From Adineta vaga (taxonomy: Eukaryota > Animalia > Rotifera), in assembly GCA_021613535.1 (NCBI GenBank), contig CP075495.1, positions 10,602,001 to 10,666,000 of the forward strand: DNA of 64,000 nt, written 5' to 3'. The notes beneath the pieces were generated by a model. It worked only from the letters and a program-made list of their open reading frames with translations. It was not told where the DNA came from and did no database searches. Below are positions 13,120-27,300 of this stretch, one piece after another. Both the position numbers and the translations under genes were made by a program. Positions within the stretch are counted from its first letter, which is position 1, and each line of letters starts with the position of its first letter.

Positions 13120-15228
13120 TCAAGCTTTATACAGTTCAACAATACGTTTTGCTTCACGTACACCAGACAAATAAGCACCGTGTGCTGTACCATAAAATCT
13201 GTCATGTGTTCCTTCACCAGCGAAAAGAACAAGTGGTTTAGCTGGTTTATTCGGCCATGGCATAGCTAATTGTTTGATATCATGTATACTTGAACCTAAT
13301 TTAACAAATGTATGTGAACCATGGATATACGGTTCATTAAACCATTGAGATCGAATTAATTGTTCAGGTAACGGACTTGGATTATCTGGATAAAAATGAC
13401 CAAGAAGTTCTTGTAAAGCGATGGCAAGTAAATCATCTGGAATAGTTTCCATATATTTTGCTGCTTCACCACAGATGGTTGTTGTTAAAACATTCGCTAA
13501 TCGATGATGAACATAAAAACCAGTAATACTTTTACACCATTGGTTCTAAATATAGATCTTTTTTTTTTGTCAAAAGACAATGAAATCAATTTCATTACAT
13601 ACATCAAAGGATGTATTCATTAAACATTCAAGTTCCCATTCTGTATTTGATCGATTTATATCCCATAGAAAATGAAATCCTTCAAAATCAACATCCCAAA
13701 ATGGTTGAGAATAAACAAGATAAATCTAAAACATATTATCATTCGAAGAAAACAAAACACATTCTTTTTCTTTCCATTCTAACTAACTCTATTAATAGTA
13801 CCAAAACCTAATTTTTGTATACACATTCGTTTTGATTGTGGTAATGGTGGATTGAATATTTGTTGCATAGTGTGTTTTAAACAGCCAACTGATTGTGTAC
13901 AGATGAGATGTTTGGTTCGAAAAGTTTCTACTTGTTGATTCTCTCGAACTACTTCAATATCGACATATTGTTCATCTTCATGAACGGAAATACATTGAAC
14001 AATTGTATTTAATTGTAGTTGATCATTATCAAGTTGATTGATAAAGATTTTTTGAAGAAAATTAGAAAAACCCTTTTGAAGATAAACTGTTTCATCTTGA
14101 TGTTGATCATCTTTAGGTAAACGTTCAAGAGAATTCCAACCTAGAAACAAAATTGATTTATCCTACGGCAATTCATGTCTGAATTTATTAATCATTTCCG
14201 TCAGAAAGAATTAACTTTGACATCTTACGCTCGAAGTAAAATATTATTCAAATTTGCTTTTCTTTTCTATTTAGCAAAAGTGATAATACCTTGAACAGAA
14301 ACATCTGTTAATCTATTACAACCAATCGTATCCAAATACGGATGTTGTTTATGTAGCCAATCGATAACTTTTTGCCGTTCATCTAATTCATCTTTTTCTA
14401 AAGCAGATTTTTTAAATGTCATATATTGATCAAATTCAGCCCAAATAAATTCTCCTAATGATAAATCCGGATAATTTTCATAAGGATATGTTGGTACTTT
14501 TTTCTCTAAAATTTCATCATAAATTTTTCGAATTTCATCAACAACATCTTCATCGATCGATTCAGCTTCTTCATCATGATAACAATCATCACGATCTGAT
14601 CCTCCTAGAAAAAAAATTCAAATATCATGTCAAAATTCTTATCTTTCGATGTTTTGTTTCTGACATATCTCATTATGATTTTTTATATATATTAAATCAT
14701 TGTACCTTTTGAGATGTACTGAAATAGGGTTTTTTTCTCTGTATATGAATAATGTTCGATTCTAATGAATCTGTCATAAAAATGAAGAATCAATAATTTT
14801 TCTTTTCTATTTTTGTAAAGGAAAAGGATAATTACATGAGATAGAGTAAAAATGAAATTATATGTTTGCTTATCTTTCTTCATACGAAGATTATACGAAA
14901 AGAAAAAGTTAAGCTTACTATCATCAATATCGAGTAGATGATTTTCTTCCGCTAATTGATACAATGGATTATTTGTTCTATCACCATGTAATGATTCTAC
15001 GCCTAGTTCGAGTTGATGTTCGACTAAAATATTAAAATTTACTATATCTTCTTTTTGTTTTATAAATATTTCATACTTACATAATGAAATCGTTTGACAA
15101 CGGCCACCAATACGATCTTGAGCTTCAAGAATAATAAAATCATCAATATGATTTTCAAGTAAATATTTAGCACATGAAAGACCAGCAATACCAGCTCCAA
15201 TGATAATAACACGATAATGTCGTTCCAT
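13120..15228 (-). CDS. Flavin-dependent amine oxidase, polyamine/spermine oxidase-like (PAOX/SMOX family)
   Basis: [14 protein letters not shown]...[11 protein letters not shown] (FAD fold), [28 protein letters not shown]-x3-[32 protein letters not shown]. Confidence 0.9.
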
Positions 15229-17670
15229 TGCAATAGAACTAGTGAATAAAAACTGAGCGTTCAACAATACAGCTCTGATTGACAGTTACTAACATCAAAG
15301 CAAAAAAGAAGAAAAAGAAATGAGATGAATATAAATTGCCATTGTTACAATAGTCATCGTAATGGAAAGAACGGAGGGATGGAGAAAGAGAGAGAGAGGG
15401 TAAAAAACAACATGAGTGCATGGTTGCTTTTATTCCATCGCACTCACCATACTGTGTGAGAGCGCTTCGACAAAAATAGGTGCATATTTATATACTCAAA
15501 CACACCTCGGAAGTGATAATCGTGCGTTACTCGATTCCGTTCTTAACTCATATTATTGCATCTTTGTCATAGATCTTAGATAGAAGAAGAAAAAACTCTG
15601 TTGAAATCATTGATTTACGGACAAAATGTATGATGTTAACATAAGAAGAAGAAGAAGAAGTTTTTCACATGGCAGTTTATAACTTAATTAAACTCTTTTT
15701 TCGATCTGTCTATGTTGTCTGGTAGAATTAAAAAATATTCATTCTTTTTATTTAAAAAAAACACGAGAAAGAGACATGTGCGCGTGTGTGTTTATGACAA
15801 GTGCAAAAGCTTTCATAAAAGACGGATATAATAAAAGAAAAAGAAATGATCTATTTTTAACAAATTAAACATAATTAATAAAGTTTAGAAGTTTGTATAT
15901 ATATACATGTGCATACTTGAAAAGAATAAAAAGAAGGATTATCAAGATTAGATTGTTCTAAGCTCGGATTATCTTCCGATGAAATCTAATTTTTAATATC
16001 AAATTAGCACTGTTTTCTTTCATGAAAATCATACCTAGACAAAAATATTGTCGATTATCTTTATTTGTCATAATAAAAATAACAGATATGAATATTTTAA
16101 TCAAAACTTATTAAATATAAACATCTAAATGTTTTAAAGTGTTTGCTACGAGAAGAATATCTTTGATTGGAGGGTGTTATATCAATCGTTGTTATTTTCG
16201 CAGACGTTCTTTTGTTTATCTGTTTTAGATGCTCAATTTTTCATTATGATAATATTTATTATGTTGTTTCGGTTGAATTAACAAGAACGGAAAATCAAGT
16301 CGAAAGATAGGAGTACTTCCTATATATATTCGATCATTAATTGCCGATATAAAAAAGACGGATAAATTAATACATAGTATTCACATACTATATATTTAAA
16401 TGTATAGAAGGGTTTCATAGTGATTTGTGAAGTGTAAGGTAAGAGTATACAGTAACGGATTTTCGAAAAATAAAAGAAAAATCATTTGCATGCTATCGAT
16501 GAGAGGAAATCATATGACTGTTTTTATTTATTGTTCAATAATGTGACATCTGAATCATCGGTTATTTTACGTCGTCTTTGTAGCTATATAGTCTCTAGTG
16601 ACATAAAGAAAAAGAAACTTTCACTTTCATACATATATAGAGAAAAGCAAAGAAAAACATTTCATCAAAAAAGACTCTAGAATTGATAGAAGTGTAATTT
16701 TTTTTATAAGACATTATTTATATGTGCACGTGTTTTTATTCCTTTAAACTTTTCTATTTTTCTTGTCATTCATTTGAATGCGTAAAACATGCTTTTTTTA
16801 AATCGACAGTCATAATAAAAGTTTCGCTTGAGCATAATCATTCTTTTATATAGTTTTGAAAAAAATCACCTGTTGTTACTCATTCATTATTTCTCTACGT
16901 TAATTTGTTAAAAAAAATAAACGCCATAAAACAAATACAAGTCGGTCAGTTAAAAGTTTATTTAGTGTGTATTTCTTTTCATGATTGTCCATGCTTTTTT
17001 TTCTCTCGTTTAAAACACAATCGTTTTGTCTTTGTTAGATTATTTTTGTATTACATGATCGATCATCATTCATAGGCAAAGATTCAGTCACCCATCCCCG
17101 CGTTATTAAATAACCAAATGCTCGAAGGTATAAGTGAGAAGAAAAACTTGTTTTTTTTACTGCTTTCATGATTAGTTTACAATATTGATGTATTTTGATA
17201 GTCTGATATACGATAATATTCATTTCGAAGGACGAATCCTATGGTACATTCAAACACTTTTTTTTCTCTCTTTTTCTTCATCCTTTTTTTACAATTTTGT
17301 TCGCTCATGATACATTGGACGAATAACGTTCTGCTTGATTAAATAAAGAAAAGGCAAAGCAAAAGAAAAGTGTATATCATTGTTTAAGAATTGGTTGTCT
17401 AAGCGGTAGTTCGAAAAATTATTTTTCTTATTTCATATTCATTCGAACGATAACCATTTTTCTTTGAACAAATAGAAGAAAGACTCAATCGACTACAATT
17501 GTTCTTCTCACCTTTCATATTAACATATAGAATTCTTATATAATATATATATATATGATTTTATTCTGTTCTTTCTTTTTTTCTTCTTTTCAAAACAAAT
17601 GCGATACACAGCTTGAAGAGAATGAAATACATAACTATTTTACGTATATTTTAGATCAGTATATATTCGA

Positions 17671-20600
17671 ATGTTTTATCGACGAGCAATTATTATCTGT
17701 TTGATTGTTACTACATTTGCCGCACAGTCGAAGGTAGATGATGATGATAATGATGACGAAAAGAATGTGCTAGATCAAAAACAACAACAACAACAACCAA
17801 AATCACCTACAGAGTTACAACCAAAATCACCTAAGTTAGTAGAATAACAAGTAGCTTAAATGATATTCATTTATTTTTGAATAGATCGCCGTTATTAACG
17901 ACACTTGCGAATAGTGATGAATGTAAAGCGGATGTTCAACGTTATTGTGCGAAAGGTGCACCAAAACAAATTCCAAATTTGAAAGTATTAGAATGTATAG
18001 ACGATCTGGATAATGTAAGTTTATTGACAGAACAAACGAAATATAATCTTGAAATTTTTAGGCTGTTAATCTAATCAGTAAAGAATGTCAAAATGTAATT
18101 AAAACTTTTAGTTAATCAAAAAACGAAAATTTTTTATATTTGAATTCTATTTAGCGTCTTTATATTTTTAAATACAATATGACACATAATGTACGCTTCG
18201 ACGATGCAGCTAGCAAATTTTGTGAAAAAGATATCAAATTATTGGAAGATTGTAATGAACAGAAAGATGACCGAGGAACTGGTCGTCTTGTTTCATGTTT
18301 ATATGATCTTTCGAAAAATATTACTGATCCAGCTTGTCGTAATTTCATTCAACGCATACATTCAGTTATATTTACTGATTGGCGTTTCTCAGAATCATTT
18401 GCAGATGCATGTATTAATGATATTACAGAACGAAAATGTGGACGATTGGATGATGAGAAAAACACGGTATGTAAGAATTCAAATTTTTCAAGAAGAAATT
18501 TAACATTCAACTTTCAGCTTCCACATGATCAAGGTGCTGTTATTTCATGTTTATCAAAAAAGCAAAAGAAATTAACTCCACCATGTTTAAAACAAATTTC
18601 ACGTCTAATAGAAATGCAATCAGATGATTATCATCTTGATCGAGCATTGTATATGGCTTGTCGGGAAGATCGTGATCGTTTATGTGCACAAGTTATAAGT
18701 GGAAATGGTCGAGTTTATCGATGTTTATTTGAGCAAAAATTCAATTCTATGATGTCAACTGATGTAAGTTAAATCCTCTTATACAAATATGTTGCCTATA
18801 GAATCCCAATACATCAGTAGTAGATCATCTTAGTCAACGATCTAATTTGTCAATTATTCTATATCTTTTAGTGTCGCAAAGAAGTTCATCGTCGACAATC
18901 AATGATAGTTTCCAATGCTCTTTTGGATGCACCATTACTTCGAGGTAAGATTTGAATATTATAACTAATCGAGAAAAAAAATTCAATTATATTTACTTTC
19001 TTCCTCAGCTTGTCGTAGTGAAATGAGTGAACATAAATGTGTTGCTGATTCAGATGATCCTGATAAACAAGTAACATTGATTAATTTACTTTTATGTCTC
19101 GAAGATAGAATTAAAAAAGGTAAAGTTTGATATCGAAACAATTTCTCATCGTCTATCTATATGCAAAAAATAGGCAATCAAATAAAAGATGATTGTCAAC
19201 GTGAAATGCTTGGCTACCGTCGTGTATTAATGTCTGATTACGCACTTTCACCTGAAATTATATCTCGATGTAAAGGTGAAATGATTCAACATTGTCCTGC
19301 ATTCTATCAAAAAGGTGCTAGTGGCTCAATTGATCAACGTGGTGGTCGAATGTTACATTGTTTGATGAAAGCTGCAGGAAAAGAAAAAAATTTCAGTTCA
19401 TCATGTTTAGCAAGTGTCAAATCACTAGTACGTGCAGTTGATCCAGGTAATGATATACGAGCTGATCCGTTACTTGAAACTGCATGTCGACCTGTGATTG
19501 AAATATTATGTCAGAAAATAAAACCTGGTGATTCTAATATCATCATGTGTTTATTGGATAATTTGAAAAATACTCGTATGTCAGCTGAATGTGAAGAACG
19601 TTTAATGGAAGTTACTTACTTTATGGCTAGAGACTGGAGGTAAGAAATAGATCATCGAATGAACTTGATTTATCAATAATCTTGATTTTTTTCTTTAAAT
19701 TATCAATAGATTAACACCGAAACTATTACAATCATGTCGAAACAATTTAAATAAACAATGTGGATTGCCTAGAAACTGGACGATGCAGAGTGAAATGGAT
19801 GATGTAGCTGTCGGAACATATTTAAGTTGTTTATATGAACAAAAACAACAGGTAAACTTCTGAATAGATTTCTGATAATTAAAAAATTCATATTCTTATT
19901 TAGCTTGATAAAGAATGTCGTGATGAATTATTACGATTGATGCGTATTCGAAGTCAAACAATTGGTCTTATGCCTGAAATTGAAGATAAATGTATAACAG
20001 ATTTAGCAACATGTAAAAATCCACAAGTGAAAGGAGAAGTAAGAAAATTCTTATTGAGAATAACTTCAATCAGATCGTTGAATGTTAACATTTGTTTTCT
20101 TCTAGGAAATGAAATGTTTACAAAAAAAATATAATGATCTTGAAGATGAATGTAAAGTTGCTGTTCGAGATTTTACTAAAAGGACAATGGCCGATCCATC
20201 TCTCGATTTTCTTCTGATGAAAGCTTGTGAACCAGTGATTCAGTTATTCTGTTCCGTAAGTTTAATGACAAAATTAGTTGTGTATATTTTCTATCGAGTA
20301 TATTTTATTTCAAGAATATTGGTAAAGGAAAAGAAAATGAATTAATTCGTTGCTTAATCAAACATAAAAATGATCAAAAGATGAATTTTCGTTGTAAATC
20401 TGGAATTGAACATCACCAAATAGTAAGACAACTAAAAATGAAAACTAGGAAATATAGATCAATTTTATCTTACATTGTATTCTAGTTAAGTCTCAAAGAT
20501 AAAGCATTTCTTAGTGATCGATTCAAGGAAAAATGTAAAAAAGAGATCGGAGAACATTGTTCAGAAAAGAAAACAAAGTTTGTATTTTGTTTTCTATATG

Positions 20601-23035
20601 AATAAAGATAATTTACTATTAATCTAGATCAACCGTCATTCAATGTCTGGCAAATCTTGTTCTTCAAGATGATTTACTAAAGAAAACTCAAATAAAAGAA
20701 GATTGTCGTGATGAATTGAAATTTGAACTTCTTCAAAGAGTTTGTAGATTAGTTTTATCTTTGATTGTATCCAACATTTATTGGATTATTTTAGAGTGAA
20801 AGCATTAATTTCGATCCATCATTAGCAAAAGCCTGTGCAGTTGATATTCGTCAATTCTGTAGTACTGAAATTGCTGGAAATGCTCAAGTAAATTTTATTT
20901 ATCAAAATTAAATGAAATTTTTCTTTGAAATTCTATAGGTTATTGATTGTCTGAAAAAAAATCATCAAAAAGTATCAGGAACATGTTTTGCTAAATTGAG
21001 AAAACGTGAAAAATTAGATGTCGTTTTACCAGGAAATGATTTTAGTTTAACAAGTAAATGTGCAGCAGTAATTCAAGTAAGTCAATTTCATGAATATATT
21101 TATTTATGAAATAACAATACGATTTTTATAGAAACATTGTTCAAATGAAAAAAAACAGAATATTCTCTTATGTTTACGACGTCATGCGAATGAAGATACA
21201 ATGCCAATTGCTTGTCGACAAGTTTTATTTCATCGTCTAATGGTTTTAAATACTAGTAAGTAACTATTCAAAAGAGATTTTGTTTTATACTTCTATATAT
21301 ATATATCATTGACAATTAATTGAATATATCTCTCTCATCAATCTTCAATATCATTTGCTAATATAATTGATATTTATACACATGTTAGTATTTATTGAAG
21401 GTTTCTGATAAGGTACACTCTATCTCTATCATGCGTGGTATATCCTTGATTAAATATGATTCTTCTATTTCAGAATAAATGATTATTAACGTACTCAATC
21501 TATCTTATAGTTAATTAAATTCTCCTTCATTGTTTAAGGTCATAAGAAAAAGAAAAAAAGAAAAGATTGAATCTCTTCTACAACAATGATTCAATCTATT
21601 TAAGGTTTATTGAGCATCTGTAGAGAATAATCTGTTTATGATTATATGATTTGCATATTTTCCTATTCATGATGACATCAAAAAATCGTTCTTTAGTTCT
21701 TCAAGGTCAGAAAATAAACGAGATATAGATTTTTGCATCAAAGGATTAGCATGAAAAAGAATAAATTAGATGAGTTTCATTGATCATAAAAATGAGAAAC
21801 CTATCGTAGATTTGTTTTCCCCATGATCATATTCTTAGACGTCTAGTCTAGAAGGCAATATCAACGATGAAGATAAATAAATGATGATAGCAAAAATAAT
21901 AAGAAAAAGAAAACATTATTCTCTAAGGGAGGCAATCTTCAATCTAATTAGACAAAAAAGAGAGAAAACAAGTCTCGTTTTTTTCTAATTTTCATTTCGT
22001 AATCGAATAATATGAAATAATCAAAAGATGATTATTACTCTTCTAGTTTGATGATTAAATTTCACACTTATTTTTCTTTTTAAAATTTAGATGTTAATTT
22101 CAACAAAGGATTAATTGATAATTGTAAAAATGATATTACGAAACATTGTGGAAGTGTTGTTGTTGATGATGATGATGATTCCAATGATGAAGATAATGAA
22201 AATAATGGTAAAAATATATTTTTCAATGGAATATCTTATAATATGTTCAATTTAGACAGTGAACCAAATGCTGAAGTCAAAGATCGTGACATGGGTGGTC
22301 GTGTTATTGAATGTTTACGTTTGAAATATGCAAATTCAGTTATTCAATTAGAACCTCAATGTCAAACAGAATTAGTTGATATTATTCAAGCATCGAAACT
22401 TGATGTTCGACTCGATGTTCAACTTTATCAAGCATGTAAAGATATTATTCGAAATCGTTGTCCAGGTGCTGATAAAGAAGATTGTTTAAAAGTTCTATTT
22501 CAACAAAAGAAAATTGCAGATAAAGCTTGTAGAGAACAAGTTTTACGTGTTATTAAGGAAGGAAAAGCAGATATACATGTCGATTCCGTTCTATTAGTTT
22601 CTTGTCAAGTTGATATAGTTAAATTTTGTAATGATGTTCCATTGGGTAAATCGAAATCCATTATTATTATGATTTAGTTTCTTGTTTTATACGATATATT
22701 TTAGGAAGTGGCAAACAATTACAATGTTTATTAAAAAAAACGAAAGCTGTAACTAAACAATGCAAAGAAACTTTAAAAAAACGACAAGAATTATGGAGTA
22801 GTGTAAGTTTTCGGTCGATTATTCAATTCGTTTTGTTGATTTTGAAATTCTATTGTAGATATCTGATGTCAATGATTTTGATGACTTAACTCGACATATT
22901 TTCTATTCCGAAAATAATCATTATCTTTATACAGTGATTTTGATCGCTATACTAGTTATATTTCTATTTGGATGTATTTGTCGTCCATGTTTTCGTTTTC
23001 GTCGTGGCAGTGGTTATAAACATGTTCAACAGTGA
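17671..23035 (+). CDS. GLG1: Golgi apparatus protein 1 (cysteine-rich FGF receptor / ESL-1 / MG-160)
   Basis: Signal peptide, many Cys-rich GLG1 repeats (SDDYHLDRALYMACREDRDRLC...GNGRVYRCL; LMSDYALSPEIISRC; DIRADPLLETAC), C-terminal transmembrane segment (YLYTVILIAILVIFLFGCIC) and short basic tail ending at TGA 23035. Confidence 0.93.
17795..17835 (+). repeat. Short coding direct repeat caaccaaaatcaccta x2 (QPKSP) after a poly-Q run in GLG1 exon 1
   Basis: caaccaaaatcacctacagagttacaaccaaaatcacctaag read directly. Confidence 0.8.
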
Positions 23036-23392
23036 AAGAAAAATCAATTTGATTTGCGATAAGAAAGAAATCGAACAAATTTCTAGGACTAATATTATTT
23101 TGTTTTAATTGATATCAACGAATATCTTCAACTTATCTTTTCTTTTCTCGCATTAGTTATAAATAAAGATCGAAAAAAAAATGCCGTCGTCGTCTTCTTT
23201 TTCTTCTAGTATATTTATTAGTCTCGTACCAGTGTTTGTTTATACTAACAACAACAAATAAATAAATTGTTTTTTTCTGACGAAATGAAAAAGAAAATAA
23301 GAAGAAGAATGAAAGAGGAAGACTAGATGATTTAGTTACAAGAATAAAGAAAAGGAAGTCGCCTGGCGTTTTCTCACTGATTCCCTTGATAA

Positions 23393-24309
23393 TTACAATA
23401 GACTTTGCATTTCTTTCTGATTATCTTCAATATCATCATCATTATCAGGATCATCTAATCGACTATTACTGATAGTGCTAATTTGTGTCGTAGGTATCGA
23501 TGAGCTTGTTTGCCATTCTAAGAATCGACGAAATTGTCATAGAAATAAAAGTATAGAAACGCTAATTTTCTTACCACCAAAATTATCATCGGGCTGTTCA
23601 TCTTCAGATTCTTCTTCATGATCACTTTCACCATACGCAATAACGCTACAATCGCATTGATCTTCACCTTCAAAATAACCACATGAATCAATTTGAGTAT
23701 CAGCACAGTATAAAATTTCATCTTGACTTTGTGCTCCTATACAAATCGATTTCAGATTGATTATTTCTTTTGAAAAAAAGAGAAAATCTTCTTTTACCTT
23801 CTTCATCTATTAACATATATTGATCATTATGACGTGTTCGTGAATGTTGAAAACAATGTTGTTCGTGATCAGTTGTTGTAACTGGTATTAATGTTTGTCG
23901 AATACCAGCTGGAACATCCTGACTTCGAATTATGTCACAGACTATCGATAACAGAAAAAAAAACATTGATCTCTAGGATAAATACGAAAGAAATTTTCAT
24001 ACCAACAGTATCACAGAGACCAATACGTTCTAATTGCCGATAAACAAGTAAATGACTATTATTCAATGCAAACCATTGATTATTATGTGCACAGATTTGC
24101 AATTTAGGTGGACAATCACTTTCCATTAGTTTTGTTGAAATATCAATCATTAATTTTTCATCAATAACTGAATGTTTTAAATCTCCAAGACTTGAACTTG
24201 TAAAATTAATATTTGATGGTGCTAATGTTAATGTTCGAGAATGACATGCATTCGTTGATGATTTCCAAAATGGTTTCCACGATGAAAAATAACTTTTCAT
24301 ATTCTGCAT
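23393..24309 (-). CDS. Uncharacterised protein with a degenerate ParB/sulfiredoxin-like N-terminal domain and acidic C-terminus (4 coding exons)
   Basis: Exons approx. 24309-24003, 23941-23798, 23736-23575 and 23517-23393 join in frame. LAPSNINFTSSSL...PPKLQICAHNNQWFALNNSHLLVYRQLERIG resembles ParB/Srx-like domains; the domain call is tentative. Confidence 0.6.
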
Positions 24310-27300
24310 TATGCTAATAGGAATAGCAAATGATCTGATGATAATGATATCTAAATAAAGAAGATAATCATCTGATCCGATTCTCATGTATTTAATCGAA
24401 ATCACAAATGGTAGTTTTTTTTTATTTGCAGATAATTGTCAGTCATCAATACAATTCTACTATTAAATTGACTGTAAAATTGTCTGTACGATAGAAATAG
24501 AACGATTCAATCAAGTTCGTAATAGACATTAACGGAATGCAAGACAGAGTTATTAATTATCTGTTTTTGCTTTGACTATCTTCTAACCGATTCCTAATCG
24601 TCTTTCTCATTAAGTTTAGATAGAAATAACATCCAATACTTACTGTATACAGACTGTCGCGTCTATCAAACTTTCTCGTTACTTATTTGATGATCAAATG
24701 ACTTGTATTGATAATTTTTGCTTGTCTGACGAATGTATGAGGGTCATATAAATAGAAGAGTCTCTTTTCTCCCCCCTCTCTCTCTCTCTTTCTATGTCTC
24801 TCGTTCTCATCTAATTGTTGTCGTTGGTACCATCACTACTAGTATAGTGCGTTTGCAATATGCGAAAGAAAACGTCTATGACGACAATTCACTCGAGAAA
24901 AGAAGAGAGGAAGAAGAAGACAAGTTCTACTCATCATTCTCTATTTCTCTTTTTTTCTTCTTACTATCATTCATTCATTCTCTCGTACTATTATAAATGC
25001 AATATAAATATTTGGAAGAATTGAACTCATATGATGATATATGAAAAAAAAACGCTGAAATTTTTGTTTGATATAGTCGTGTTTTGAATTATCAAACAAT
25101 CTGTTTTTGTTCTTCTTTCATTGATAATATTTACTCTAAATAATCATCACTATAAAGAGAAAACATCTTGTGATATATTGAATATTTACAGATAGTTCGA
25201 TAAATTATTAATTTCTCATGACATAGAGATATATTGATACTTCCAGATCGATGTTATTATGTTGTAAATTTTTCTTCTTCTTTTTTTTATTTCCAATTGT
25301 CACACATTGTCATTTCCTTCTCTCATTTTTTTTTCTTCTTCTTCTTGTAACCCGATGAATTCATCGAACGAATGTGATTAATCAATGCAAATATATTCTA
25401 CTCGAGTGAGCGTCATCGTTACGGCCAAGGATTCTTCAATAATCATGCTGATAGTTTCTGATAGGATGTTGACTTTGCTAGCGCGATTTTCTTCTTTTTT
25501 TTGTGCTGTCTCTCTTTTCGATAAGATATAATGCACGTACAATCGGATATATTGATACATACTTATAAGATTTATTCTCATTGTTTCGACAACGATGGCC
25601 CGACGTGTATCGAAATCTAAAGACTGACTAGATATTTCTTATTAACAAGAAGAAAAAAAAGACATCCTTCAATAATGCATTTTTACTAATAGATTTTTCC
25701 GATTTTCGTCGTTCGTATTTGATCTATGTCAGAAAGTGCACTTTGCGTATGAGCATGTGTATGTGCCTGATGTCAGATACGCTGAACAAACTTCTAATTA
25801 AATTTATCGTCGCATCGAAAAAAGTTCATCGACATTTTGTATCATTGTAGTTTGTCAAGCTCAGAGAAGAAAAAATATAGATATTACTAATTCAACTTAT
25901 AATGCAAAATGATACTTGATGAATATTGAAGAAATTCACATATGTATGTCTTGATGAAAACAGAAAAAAAGAAAACAATGACGACGTAATGATAATGTCA
26001 TCGAAGTCACTCGAATCAGAAATTGAGATAGACAGGAAATCAACAAGCGTGTCAGATGGTCTTGTCTATACGATTGTCACTGTTGACCGACTGACCATTT
26101 TTTTTCTCTTCTTTCCATGAACATAAGAAGATTGATAATGATAATCTAATTTTTGACATACTCTCTTACATTTTTTTTCTCTATGGACAAGCACATACAT
26201 AGAACATGACATCGAAGTTACCAGAACAGAGAAAAAAATCGATGCGTACTCATACATCAAAAGTTGAACTGACACACATTATTATTAGAAACATATCTAT
26301 ATGTTCATATAGAAGATAAAAGAAAATGTCATATTGTCTAACGAACGGAAATGGACTTGATACTTTGAAGATTTCTCTTTTTTTCTCATTCTATTTCATA
26401 GAATAATTAACAGACTGAGCATTTCTGTACAAGGTATTATAATTTGATTTCTCATGATATATCGAAATCAATTAGGATGAAATTTATAATAATTAATTGA
26501 ATTTTGTATATTTCTTTCTATATAAATCTTCATGTTACTATAAATTGATTTCGTGTTAATAAACAATAAAAAAAAAATTTTGTACGAGAGATTTCCGTCT
26601 GTTTTGTGGTGAACTTTCTATATGAAACGTTAGTTTCTGTATTACTCGATAGCAAAAATAAAACTACAAAGAGAAACAATGCGTTTGTCGATGCAATAAC
26701 TGAAGATCCGGTATGCAACGTGGATAGTATCTAAAAAAAAAGATTCAATGATGATCTTTTTATATATGTATTGAGAACATAATTTTATGAATCTATATAG
26801 AACCAATAATTTCGGTATTATTCTATTTTCTGCTCATTGATTGAAATATAATCGATACTCATCCATAAAGAAAATACTCCAATCAAAATTTTAAACTATT
26901 ATCAATACTACATCTACGTTTCAAACAATCGCTAAAATACATCTGTCAATACGCTACAGATCAAATAGTATTTTTTTCAATTCAACATATTTTTGTCTTT
27001 TCGACATCTATTGATTTCATATTGTCGAAAGCAAAACAATAAGACATTTACTCGACATAATATTTTGGTGTTATTGATTGATGTAAATGAACAAAAAGAA
27101 AAGTTTAAGAAGATGAAACCTTGACTAGCGATTAAACAATACTCTAAACGATAAAATCGAACGTGACTTTGTTAATATTATCAATAGTATATATGAGAAA
27201 AAGTTAAATATGTTTGGTCGCTTTATCAATTTTGACACTCACGTATGTTAATATACCATTCATCGGAATAACACTATTTGCTTTTCTTTTTCTACAATAC

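Noticed and set aside
24733-26718. Short ORFs in the intergenic region (also 4308-5645 and 16486-17223)
   Set aside because: Low-complexity F/L/K/I-rich translations of AT-rich DNA, with no coherent exon structure.
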